Of a stretch of DNA of 64,000 nt, positions 39,785-48,441 are shown in pieces (positions within the stretch are counted from its first letter, which is position 1; each line of letters opens with the position of its first letter). The notes beneath the pieces were generated by a model. That model searched no databases and was not told the origin of the DNA. It was given only the letters and a program-made list of their open reading frames with translations. This stretch comes from Longimicrobiales bacterium (GTDB lineage Bacteria > Gemmatimonadota > Gemmatimonadetes > Longimicrobiales > Gaopeijiaceae). The position numbers and the translations under genes are program-made. The DNA lies in contig CBDCNQ010000005.1 in the NCBI GenBank assembly GCA_965219445.1, forward strand, positions 832,001 to 896,000. Direction: 5' to 3'.

Positions 39785-42066
39785 ACCGACGCCGTCTCGA
39801 CGGTGCGGCCATGGTAAGAGTGGGCCGCCTCGATAAAGAGCTGGGCCTCTTCAATCCGCTTGCGAGCCCGCTCAGGCGTCGCTTCAACCCCATTACTGCC
39901 CTCGCCGTGCATGCGGAGCAAATAGTTTCCGAACTTTCCTCCCGCGTAAGGATCGTGGAAAAGGCCCGGGTCAAAGAGATGGGTCTTGAAAGCGGCAACT
40001 ACGTCTTCCGGATCTTCGCTGAGACCGGCCTCTTTCTCACGCGCGAGGGTCCTCGCGGCGATCAGCATCGCACGGTAGGCGATGTCGGCCGCGCCTGAGG
40101 AATCCCCCTGATCCAGCCGGTCCTGCGCCTCGAAGATCTCGCGCTCGCTGGCCTGGAGGCCAAACTCGACCGGCGAGACGACTTGGCCCGCACACTCACC
40201 GATGCCCATGTCGCCTAGCGTGAACTCCCTCGGGTCCCCCCAGTTCGAGTAGAAGCTACGGTCTTCCTCGTAGGTGGGAACCACGATCAGATCCTCGAGA
40301 AGGGTTCGGAGGCTGGCCTTGCCCACGCGGGTGACGAAGGCCTGGAAGCTCTCATCCCCTTGGCGCTCATCCACGTAATGCTGTGCGATCCTGTCCGTAG
40401 CGGCCGGGATGTTCCGGGCCGGCACCGCGACGATGGCCAATCCATAGGAACCCGCGTTCTCAGCCCACTGGCCTCCCAGCACGACCTGGAAGTGAGGCAC
40501 GTTGTACCCGTTGCGTTTCCGGCTCACGCCCCAGAAACCGATATCCGCCATGTGATGCTGCCCGCAGCTGTTGAAGCACCCACTGATCTTGATGCGCAGG
40601 CCGCGTATCACCTCATCCAATTCCTCACCGCGCTCATTGAAGCGGTCCATGAGTACGCGCCCCAAACCACGTGAGGAGGAGATGCCGAGTTTGCACGTGT
40701 CCGTTCCGGGGCAAGCCGTGATGTCCGAGACGGTTTCCGCCTGCGCGTCGGCGAGACCGAGATCCACCAAGGCCTCATACAGAGCGGGAAGGTCACTCTC
40801 ACGTACCCATCGGAGAGCCATATTCTGTTCAACCGTCATCCGGACCGCGTCCCCGGTAAACCGTCTAGCCACGTCGGCGAGGCCCCGCATCTGATCGGAC
40901 GTGATATCACCGAGAGGCAAGTATACCATTACGACCTTATACCCTGGCTGCCTCTGCGAAGCCACGTTGGCACCGAGCCACGCTTCCAACTCCGGGCCGG
41001 GCGTGAAGTCGTTCCCCTTCTCGATCTGCCAGAGCGGTCCATCGTGGCCCTTGTGAACGTCGTCGAGGTACGCCGTCCAACGGGGATCTTCGGGAAGCCC
41101 TGCGCGATCCTCCAGCACCAGACGACGAAACTCCTCGATGCCGAGCTTCGCGACGAGGAACTTCAAACGGGCGCGGGACCGAACATCCTTTTCTCCCAGA
41201 CGGGCAAAGACTCGAGAGATCGACTGGCACGTCGCAAGGAGCTCCTCTTCGGGTAGAAATTCATCGAACAACTCCGCCTGGTGCGGCACCGCCCCCAAGC
41301 CTCCGCCGACATAGAATTCGAAGCCGCGCTGCTCTTTTCCGTCCACCTCGCGGACCCGGGCAATCCCACCGAGGTCGTGCATCTTGACGAGTCCGCACGG
41401 CCGATCCGCACATCCCGAAAACGCAGGCTTGACCTTTCTCCCGAACTCCTGAGCATCCGGATGTCCGAGAAGGAAATCCGAGACGGCTGCGGCGTAGGGG
41501 CTGACGTCGAACGTCTGTGTCGTGCAGACCCCGGAGAGGTGGCAAGCGGTGACGTTTCTCACGACGTTGCCGCACGCCTCATGAGTCGTGATGCCCACGG
41601 CGCCCAGCCGCCGCATCAGATCCGGCGTCTCTTCAAGGTGAACGAAGTGCAGCTGGATGTCCTGCCGCGTCGTCACATGTAGGATCGTGTCCGCGTACTC
41701 CTCGGCGACCTCCGCCAACACGTCCATTTGATCGGCGGTAATTGCACCGAACGGATTCTTGATGCGCACCATGCCTGGGGCGTCCCACTGCGTTCCCGGA
41801 CCCTTGGTGAGGTCCGGGTTCGGGAATACCAACTCCCTGGTGTTCAATCCATCGTGACGTTGGCCGTTGTCGTACCGCTGACCGTAGACGCCGCGGCGCA
41901 GGCGCATCTCCGCGAATACCTCATCGGTGAGCTTTCCTGCCCGCTTCTGCTCGATAAGTCCCTCGAAGGAGTCGATCTCCCGCGAAAGCTTGTCGCCAAG
42001 GAGCGATCCGAGCTTGGCCTTCCATTGCCGTGGCTCCGAAGCCTCACCTTTACCATTGGTAGTCAT
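39781..42066 (-). CDS. sir: Ferredoxin-type nitrite/sulfite reductase (siroheme, 4Fe-4S) with C-terminal extension
   Basis: TTRQDIQ, CGNVVRN, CPGTDTC, GCFNSC; directly downstream of cysH. Confidence 0.9.
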   Translation of the reverse strand: MTTNGKGEASEPRQWKAKLGSLLGDKLSREIDSFEGLIEQKRAGKLTDEVFAEMRLRRGVYGQRYDNGQRHDGLNTRELVFPNPDLTKGPGTQWDAPGMVRIKNPFGAITADQMDVLAEVAEEYADTILHVTTRQDIQLHFVHLEETPDLMRRLGAVGITTHEACGNVVRNVTACHLSGVCTTQTFDVSPYAAAVSDFLLGHPDAQEFGRKVKPAFSGCADRPCGLVKMHDLGGIARVREVDGKEQRGFEFYVGGGLGAVPHQAELFDEFLPEEELLATCQSISRVFARLGEKDVRSRARLKFLVAKLGIEEFRRLVLEDRAGLPEDPRWTAYLDDVHKGHDGPLWQIEKGNDFTPGPELEAWLGANVASQRQPGYKVVMVYLPLGDITSDQMRGLADVARRFTGDAVRMTVEQNMALRWVRESDLPALYEALVDLGLADAQAETVSDITACPGTDTCKLGISSSRGLGRVLMDRFNERGEELDEVIRGLRIKISGCFNSCGQHHMADIGFWGVSRKRNGYNVPHFQVVLGGQWAENAGSYGLAIVAVPARNIPAATDRIAQHYVDERQGDESFQAFVTRVGKASLRTLLEDLIVVPTYEEDRSFYSNWGDPREFTLGDMGIGECAGQVVSPVEFGLQASEREIFEAQDRLDQGDSSGAADIAYRAMLIAARTLAREKEAGLSEDPEDVVAAFKTHLFDPGLFHDPYAGGKFGNYLLRMHGEGSNGVEATPERARKRIEEAQLFIEAAHSYHGRTVETASV

Positions 42067-42146
42067 GGGTTTCCCCTTTTCGCTCCCAACCTATAAGGGC
42101 TTTCAGGTCGCCGGCCGGCGACTTTGAGTCGTATTTCACATGAGGC

Positions 42147-42845
42147 TTACGTCAAGCCATGTATGCCGCATTCCAGACGTTCGCTCCCCCTCCACCGGCC
42201 AGCCCGCTCATGCTCTTCCTCGGAAACGGGCGTGGTCAGAGGTTGGTCGCCAAGGCTCAGGTAGCCCATGTCGTGGAGCGGGTTATACGGCACGTCGTTT
42301 GCGCGGAGAAACAACCAAACCTCGTCGGCCGACCAAGAGGCCACAGGATTGACCTTGATGCGATCCCCAATCTGCACATGGGCGAGATCGGCTCGGCTCG
42401 CCGACTGGTCGCGGCGGCGCCCGGTGATCCATCCTTCCACACCATCGAGGGCCCGTTTCATGGGCTCGACCCGCGTGAGTCGATGAAAGAGCTCCAGGTC
42501 ACGTTGCCACAACCGCTCCCCGTACTTCTCCTCGAACGCCGCGCGCGACTCAGCGGGCCGATAGACGCGTACGTCGAGGCCATAGTGTGCCTTCACACGC
42601 TCGGCATGCTCGAGTGTCTCCGGGAAGTGGTACAGCGTATCCACGAATGCGACGGGCACCTGCGGGGCGATCTCGGCGAGGAGATGAAGATTCACCATCC
42701 CCGTGGAGCCGAACGAAGACGCCACAATCAGCCGCCCGGGCGTTACGGTTTCGACGGCCCAACGAATGGCGTCCGAAGGATGTGCTCCCTCGAGCCAGTC
42801 GTTGATCCGTCTCACGTCTTCGGTGCCGGCTGTCGCCGCAGTCAT
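42147..42845 (-). CDS. cysH: (P)APS reductase without Fe-S cysteines
   Basis: SSFG, DTLYHFPET, WITGRRRDQ, ERAGRW, ECGIH. ATG 42845 with GGAAGG RBS. Confidence 0.92.
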   Translation of the reverse strand: MTAATAGTEDVRRINDWLEGAHPSDAIRWAVETVTPGRLIVASSFGSTGMVNLHLLAEIAPQVPVAFVDTLYHFPETLEHAERVKAHYGLDVRVYRPAESRAAFEEKYGERLWQRDLELFHRLTRVEPMKRALDGVEGWITGRRRDQSASRADLAHVQIGDRIKVNPVASWSADEVWLFLRANDVPYNPLHDMGYLSLGDQPLTTPVSEEEHERAGRWRGSERLECGIHGLT

Positions 42846-42897
42846 CTGCTGCCTTCCGATTTCAAATTCAACATGCTTTTCTTCCACCGTGCGACCC

Positions 42898-42930
42898 AAA
42901 AAAAAGCCGCAACCCTCGAGGGGCCGCGGC
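42898..42930 (-). terminator. Attenuator terminator T3
   Basis: mRNA GCCGCGGCCC-CUCGA-GGGUUGCGGC followed by U8, about 50 nt before the cysH start. Confidence 0.88.
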
Positions 42931-42954
42931 GTTCGCATGAGTCTTCGTTTCTTG

Positions 42955-43041
42955 TCAACGACTCGTCGGAACGTGCCCCTCTCTAGGCGTGACCGTACAA
43001 CAACAACAACAGCAACAACACATGGCCATCCGTGGAGTCAT
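42955..43041 (-). CDS. Polycysteine leader peptide 2: MTPRMAMCCCCCCCCTVTPREGHVPTSR
   Basis: GAGGTG RBS 6 nt before ATG 43041; 8 consecutive Cys codons at 42997-43020; followed by T3. Confidence 0.88.
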   Translation of the reverse strand: MTPRMAMCCCCCCCCTVTPREGHVPTSR

Positions 43042-43126
43042 CTCGAACACCTCGAGAAATTCATGGAACCGCACGCTTCGGATACCTCTTCCTAAGTTTC
43101 CGTTCCCGGTCCTACCCGGTTCGAAC

Positions 43127-43160
43127 AAAAAAGGCCCTCGGGAGAACCCGGTGGCCTTTT
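43127..43160 (-). terminator. Attenuator terminator T2
   Basis: mRNA AAAAGGCC-AC-CGGG-UUCU-CCCG-AG-GGCC-U6. Confidence 0.75.
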
Positions 43161-43181
43161 GATCCTGGAAACGATACCCAC

Positions 43182-43209
43182 AAAAAAGCCACCGAATGTC
43201 TCCGGTGGC
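43182..43209 (-). terminator. Attenuator terminator T1
   Basis: mRNA GCCACCGGA-GACA-UUCGGUGGC-U6. Confidence 0.85.
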
Positions 43210-43237
43210 GTTTCAGGGAATCTTGTCGTGTGTATGC

Positions 43238-43333
43238 CTATACGACGTCTCCCCGACACCCCACCGGGCTCGGACAAGAACATCGGCAACAACACCTCTT
43301 GAGCATCATGACATGCGTCCTTTTACAACACAT
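43238..43333 (-). CDS. Cys-rich leader peptide 1: MCCKRTHVMMLKRCCCRCSCPSPVGCRGDVV (alternative start 43309)
   Basis: 8 Cys in 31 aa; AGGA RBS 8 nt before ATG 43309; followed by T1 and T2. Confidence 0.78.
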   Translation of the reverse strand: MCCKRTHVMMLKRCCCRCSCPSPVGCRGDVV

Positions 43334-43363
43334 CCGCTTTGTCACGCATCTTTCTAAAGAACA

Positions 43364-43391
43364 ACGCTAATCGCCTGAAGCGCCCTGTCAA
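43364..43391 (-). promoter_or_regulatory. Sigma70-type promoter of the cys leader
   Basis: TTGACA-N16-TAGCGT just upstream of leader 1. Confidence 0.65.
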
Positions 43392-43573
43392 GGGAGGAGC
43401 CAACAAGGGCTTCCCTGGCGACTCGTGCACGTTCCACCCATAATGGCGCCACGGCAACGCCGATGGCGCACCGCCGCGGAGGTAAGACACGATGTTCTTG
43501 GGGGTGTGTTGACGATCTTCGGCCCGAATTTCGTAGGCGGCTATCGAGTCCCGCACGGGGGGATCCGGTAGCC

Positions 43574-44992
43574 ATGCCCGACGGGGCCCTGACATCAGGA
43601 AAACCGTTCGACCGCTCGATCGTCGAGGGCCCTATCCCCGGTGTGGTCTGGAAGCTCGCCTGGCCGACCATGCTTCAGAACGTTCTCGGCGGGCTCCAGG
43701 GCATCGTGGACCACGCCATGGTCGGACACTTCGTTGGCTACACCGGGAACGCCGCCATTGGGGTCGCCTGGCAAATCTTCCTAGTCGTAATGGTGTTCAT
43801 CAGCTCCCTCTTCACCGGCATGGGCGTTCTGGTCGCTCGGTTTGTGGGGGCCCACGAGCCGGACAAGGTGAACCGGACCGTATATCAGGCGTTCTTCACT
43901 GCCGCGGTCATGTCAATCGGGATCCTGGCTCCACTCGGGTATTTCCTCTCGCCGTGGCTTCTCGGACTCGTGAACGCCGCCCCCGACGTACAAGCGGAGG
44001 CCCTCCTGTATCTCCGCATCATGTTCGTGTTCAGCTTCGGCATGATCGTCTACTTCATGGTCGGAGGTGCACTCCGATCCGCAGGGGACGCACGCACGCC
44101 GCTCCGTCTCGGCATCATGCTCACTACGCTCAACATCACCCTGAACGTCATTCTCATTCCGGGGTTGGGACCGATCCCGGCGTTCGGCACCACCGGAGCG
44201 GCCATGGGCACCGTGATCGCGGGGGGCCTGATGGCGGCCATCTCCATCTACCTATTGTTCGCCGGAAAATGGGTCGTGGGCTTTCGCCGCGGCATGGACT
44301 GGAGGCCGGACTTCGGGATCATTCGTGAGCTGTTCCGTTTCGGGATTCCAACAGGTCTGCAAGGTGTGGCGATGAACGTCGGAGGGGTCATGCTCCTCGC
44401 GTACATCGGATCGCTACCCCAGAGCGGTGAGGCCCAGGCTGCTTATGTGATCAGTTATACCCAACTCTTCTCGATGATCACCTGGACGTCGGCGGGCCTG
44501 CTGGGTGCCACTGCGGCGATCTCCGGACAGAACCTGGGCGCCGGACGACCGGAGCGCACGATCCACGCGGTGCACGTGGCCTCTTGGCTCGGGCTGGGGG
44601 TTGCCTCGACTGTCGGCGTTCTCTTCCTCGCGATACCGCGCGTTCTCCTCGGGTTCTTCGGTGTGGAAGATCCGCTCGTCGCTCAAATGGCCGTCCGTCT
44701 GCTCTCGATCTTGAGCGCCTCCGGCCTGTTCATCACCGTCGCGTTGGCCTACACCGGAGGGCTTCAGGGAACAGGAGACACGCGGAGTCCATTTTACATA
44801 TCACTCGTCTCGCAGCTCATCATCCCGATCGGCATCTGTGCGGTCCTTCAGGCGGCCGGGATACTCCAGGCGACGTACATCTGGCTTGCCATCCTCATGG
44901 GGCACATGACTCGATGCGGGCTCACCGTTGTCCGTTTCCGGCAGGGAAAGTGGCGTGAAATCAAGGTGAGCATCGAGCCGGCCCGGTCGTGA
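43574..44992 (+). CDS. MATE family efflux transporter
   Basis: KLAWP, VDHAMVG, LRSAGDARTP, GQNLGAG, LQGTGDTRSP; about 12 TMs. Confidence 0.9.
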   Translation: MPDGALTSGKPFDRSIVEGPIPGVVWKLAWPTMLQNVLGGLQGIVDHAMVGHFVGYTGNAAIGVAWQIFLVVMVFISSLFTGMGVLVARFVGAHEPDKVNRTVYQAFFTAAVMSIGILAPLGYFLSPWLLGLVNAAPDVQAEALLYLRIMFVFSFGMIVYFMVGGALRSAGDARTPLRLGIMLTTLNITLNVILIPGLGPIPAFGTTGAAMGTVIAGGLMAAISIYLLFAGKWVVGFRRGMDWRPDFGIIRELFRFGIPTGLQGVAMNVGGVMLLAYIGSLPQSGEAQAAYVISYTQLFSMITWTSAGLLGATAAISGQNLGAGRPERTIHAVHVASWLGLGVASTVGVLFLAIPRVLLGFFGVEDPLVAQMAVRLLSILSASGLFITVALAYTGGLQGTGDTRSPFYISLVSQLIIPIGICAVLQAAGILQATYIWLAILMGHMTRCGLTVVRFRQGKWREIKVSIEPARS

Positions 44993-45028
44993 TCTGCAGA
45001 CCAAGATCAGCAGGTAACGGGGTACCGT

Positions 45029-47446
45029 CTAGAACACAGGCCTCTGGATCGGCCGTAATAGAAAGAGCCCTTCCTGCGTGCTGCTCACGACGACCGTTCC
45101 GCTCTCAAAAAACGGATAGGCCGTCCACGCACCCGACATCGTCGGCGGATTCCCGTCATATGGAGTCGTGTCGAAGAAGCCGACCTCTTCGGGACGCTCC
45201 GGATCGCTGATGTCCAGAACGCGCAGGCCAGCCTGGTAGTTGGCCTGGTACATCCGGTCCCCCTTGATGTACAGGTTGTGATCCGTCGCTGTCGTGGACC
45301 CGAAGTGCTCGGCCACGAGGACCGGGTCATCCAACTCGGCGATGTCCCAAATGAGCGTGCGGGTACGCTCGGCCAGGCCCGTGAGCTCGTCGAGCTCGTC
45401 GTTCATGTAGTAGTAGCGGTGATCTTCGGTCAGCCAGCCTTGGTGGATGTAGGCCATCCCCGGATATGTGGCCGAAGCGATCGGCTCCGGATCGTCCTTT
45501 TCGGTGAGGTCGACGATCCGAAGTGCGGTCTCGTTGGAGGCGAAGCAAATCTGGCGGCCCCGAAAATCGCCATCTGGCCCACTGTACTCCACACACTGAG
45601 CGTCGTGCGTCCGGCCGGCCCACACGAGGCCCTCCGTATCGGTGTAGCAGCCCACGAACGTGGGCGTGACCGGGTCCCGGATGTCGATCATGTGCAAACC
45701 GCCTCCACACGTGTCACCCCCACCCGAGGCACCGACGGGAAACGCGAATCCACTCTGCGTATCGATGACGAGATTATGGGCGGTGGCGATGCCATCGTAT
45801 CGAGTGTCTGGCGCAAGGGTCACCGGAACGGCCCGCACGTTCCTGAGTCTTCGGAGGTCGAACACGGGCATCCCCGTCTCGCCGGCTCCGATGAAGAAGG
45901 CGTGGTCCGCATAGACCTTGATGTCCTGGGCCGTGCCACCCTCCGCAGCCAACAGACCGACATATACGGGTAGAGAGGGGTCAGTGACCTCGACGACGGA
46001 GGCCCCGCCGGTACGCGCGACCAGGGCATACTCGCGTTCGGTCTGCGGATCCGTCCATCCCCACACGTCGGTGATGCCGTTGGCAAGACTCCGACTGCCC
46101 GGCGAAAGGCCCAACTCGGAGAGGGGAAGGAAGGCGAGCAGATCCACATCGTTACACTCGAACTGATCGGCCTGCCCGTCGGTGCAGGTCACTTCCCCAC
46201 CCGTGATCGTCGAAAGCTCTGTGGGAAGACTCAGCCAATCACCCTCGCCCCACCGCCCATTGGGCGGCCGCGAAAAGACGGCGGCGCGGCCCCTTCCACC
46301 ATCGGCACCTGGAGCGCCCGCGACCGCCGTGTTGCGGCCAATCGCCACCGTCGAGCCGAGAGCGAAGCCCGACTCGCCATTCCCCACCGAAAAAATCTCG
46401 ACGGCCTGCCAGATGTCCCCACTGCGGTTCCGTACGAACCGGTGAACCCCACCCCGACCCTCATCGGTCCCGGGCACCCCAACCAGCAACTCATTCTCTC
46501 GAAACGCGAGAGAAAACCCGAAGCGATCGCCGATCGTACGCACTCTCGGCGCTATGCGATCCTGCTCGGTCCACCTTTGGCGTGCCTCGTCCCATGTGTA
46601 CTCGACGACGATGCCGCGTGATTCGGCCGTTCCGGGGTGGCCGATCAGCAGGGCGTCCCCATCGATCGCGACCGCAGCCCCAAAGTCGCTGTTAGGAAAC
46701 GGGCTGGGAGCCGAGATGAGCGCGTCCTCCATCCATTCGCCCGAGGCGGGATCGCGTGAAAAGACGTATGCCGCGCCCGATATCCCATGCCGGGGTGCGC
46801 CCACGATCGCCTCATCGCCCCGAATCATAAGTGACGCACCGAACTCGTCGCCTCCCTCTGGCTCCGAACGTTCCAGTCGAGCCCGCTCTGTCCACAAGCC
46901 GGAGTCGAGGTTTCGTGAAAAGACCCTCACGTCGCCGAGCCCGCCCATCGCAGCCACGAGCGCCTGGTCACCATCGGTGTCGACGGCCCGAAGTGGAGGC
47001 CGGAGAATCTCCACAAGGGCCGCATAATCCCATTGGGTCGGAGCACCGGCCACATCCGCCACGACGGAGAGGCTCTGCATTCTTATCCATGAGCCCCGGG
47101 CGTTGCGCTGGAACACATGCGCGCCCCACCGCTCATCGGCGTCGCCGGCCGCTACGAAGAGCAGGTCTCCCGAAACGGCGATGGACGGGCTCAGACCCTC
47201 ACCGCTCGACGCACTCCCCTCCGCACCAAGCTGATCCACGATCTGCCAAGCGCCACCGAGGTCCCTAGCGTAAACGAGGGCTGCTCCCGGTCCCTGTCCG
47301 TACGTGGGCTTGAGGACGAGGACATCATCGCCGACGACCTCGACCGCACTTCCGAATCCACCTTGGGCGGTGAGCGAATTGAAAACGATGGCCGGAAGTA
47401 GAACCGCAAGGAAAGCAGGGAGGGACGTCATAGTTATACGATTCAT
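45029..47446 (-). CDS. Secreted FG-GAP-repeat / choice-of-anchor B domain protein
   Basis: FG-x-S-L-A and VGAP repeats; DVWGWTDP, HDAQCV, HQGWLTED, DHN, YPFFESG. Confidence 0.85.
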   Translation of the reverse strand: MNRITMTSLPAFLAVLLPAIVFNSLTAQGGFGSAVEVVGDDVLVLKPTYGQGPGAALVYARDLGGAWQIVDQLGAEGSASSGEGLSPSIAVSGDLLFVAAGDADERWGAHVFQRNARGSWIRMQSLSVVADVAGAPTQWDYAALVEILRPPLRAVDTDGDQALVAAMGGLGDVRVFSRNLDSGLWTERARLERSEPEGGDEFGASLMIRGDEAIVGAPRHGISGAAYVFSRDPASGEWMEDALISAPSPFPNSDFGAAVAIDGDALLIGHPGTAESRGIVVEYTWDEARQRWTEQDRIAPRVRTIGDRFGFSLAFRENELLVGVPGTDEGRGGVHRFVRNRSGDIWQAVEIFSVGNGESGFALGSTVAIGRNTAVAGAPGADGGRGRAAVFSRPPNGRWGEGDWLSLPTELSTITGGEVTCTDGQADQFECNDVDLLAFLPLSELGLSPGSRSLANGITDVWGWTDPQTEREYALVARTGGASVVEVTDPSLPVYVGLLAAEGGTAQDIKVYADHAFFIGAGETGMPVFDLRRLRNVRAVPVTLAPDTRYDGIATAHNLVIDTQSGFAFPVGASGGGDTCGGGLHMIDIRDPVTPTFVGCYTDTEGLVWAGRTHDAQCVEYSGPDGDFRGRQICFASNETALRIVDLTEKDDPEPIASATYPGMAYIHQGWLTEDHRYYYMNDELDELTGLAERTRTLIWDIAELDDPVLVAEHFGSTTATDHNLYIKGDRMYQANYQAGLRVLDISDPERPEEVGFFDTTPYDGNPPTMSGAWTAYPFFESGTVVVSSTQEGLFLLRPIQRPVF

Positions 47447-47521
47447 CCGATTCCGGGCCAAACGCTTCAGGATCTTTCGCCAAAAGCGGGGACGGGGAGC
47501 ATCATGGTGGTCCGTCGACCA

Positions 47522-47562
47522 CTCTAGCCGATGAACACCAACTCCTCTAGCCGATGAACACC
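47522..47562. repeat. Tandem 18-bp duplication (period 23)
   Basis: CTCTAGCCGATGAACACC at 47522 and 47545. Confidence 0.9.
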
Positions 47563-47640
47563 GACTGCACTGACCTGTATATTCCGCGGGAGACTGAAAA
47601 GTGCCCCCGGGGTCTATTGCACTATCGAGTCGCATGCGGC

Positions 47641-47690
47641 AATGTCGTGACCGGGAACCGAGGGGTAATGTCGTGACCGGGAACCGAGGG
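47641..47690. repeat. Tandem 24-bp duplication (period 26)
   Basis: AATGTCGTGACCGGGAACCGAGGG at 47641 and 47667. Confidence 0.9.
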
Positions 47691-47760
47691 ATGGCGTAGG
47701 GGATTGCGCTTCTCGGGCGAAAGTGACCCGGGAATCGACACTGTCGAGGAGGACCGTCGA

Positions 47761-48399
47761 ATGGACGAAGGCCGAAGCGGTGTCATGAAGGCGATGGCTA
47801 TTTTGGGCGTCGCGGTCGTGGTGGCCCTAGGAACGTGGCTCGCCATGGGGTCCGAGTCCGAAACCCGGCTCGGGCCGCACGACGGTCTGGACCTCCCTGC
47901 GGTAGACACGGGAAGAGTAGCGGTCGGCGATATCGCCCCGGACTTCTCGCTGATGACCTACGCGGGCACGGTGACGACCCTCTCGGACTTCCGTGGTGAG
48001 AAGAACGTCGTCCTCCAATTCTACCGAGGGTACTGGTGACCGTTTTGCGCCCGTCAGTTCGGCGAACTGAGCGACCTCCTGTCTGAGGAGCAGAAAGACA
48101 ATACGGAGCTCATGGCCCTATCGGTGGATGAACGTGAGGAGCAACAATTGATGATCGACCGGGTCGCGGAAGAGTATGGGGCGCAAATCGACTTCACGCT
48201 GCTCGCCGACCCGGACAACGCCGTCATCGATCGTTACGGGGTCTTCAACCCCGATGATTCTCGGAGACGTGCGATCCCGCATCCCACCACTTTGGTTATA
48301 GACAAACAGGGCGTCGTGCGCTGGAAGTTCATCGAGATCAACTTCCGGATCCGGCCCACGAACGAAGACATCCTGGCGGCGCTGGCGGAATTGGATTAG
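47761..48399 (+). CDS. Membrane-anchored AhpC/TSA peroxiredoxin-like selenoprotein (UGA 48037-48039 read as Sec; UxxC)
   Basis: The two track ORFs share a frame and join as FYRGYW-U-PFCARQ; APDFSL, HPTTLVIDKQGVVRW; GAGGAGG RBS. Confidence 0.85.
48054..48070 (+). promoter_or_regulatory. Bacterial SECIS-like hairpin
   Basis: UCAGUUC-GGC-GAACUGA; the loop starts with G, 21 nt after the UGA. Confidence 0.7.
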
Positions 48400-48441
48400 C
48401 CCCGGCTCCCCGCCTCCGGCTTCAGCGCCCCGCCTCCGCCT

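Noticed and set aside
42846..42938. N-terminal extension of cysH from ATG 42938
   Set aside because: It runs through terminator T3; ATG 42845 has the RBS.
42997..43020. (CAA)n run as a plain microsatellite
   Set aside because: It reads as in-frame Cys codons, including a synonymous TGC, with RBS, antiterminator, terminator and cys genes downstream.
43238..43333. Leader 1 as a metallothionein or RiPP precursor
   Set aside because: Its position between the promoter and terminators, with an internal antiterminator, fits attenuation better. Not formally excluded.
47522..47690. CRISPR array
   Set aside because: Only two copies of each repeat, 2-5 nt gaps and no cas genes.
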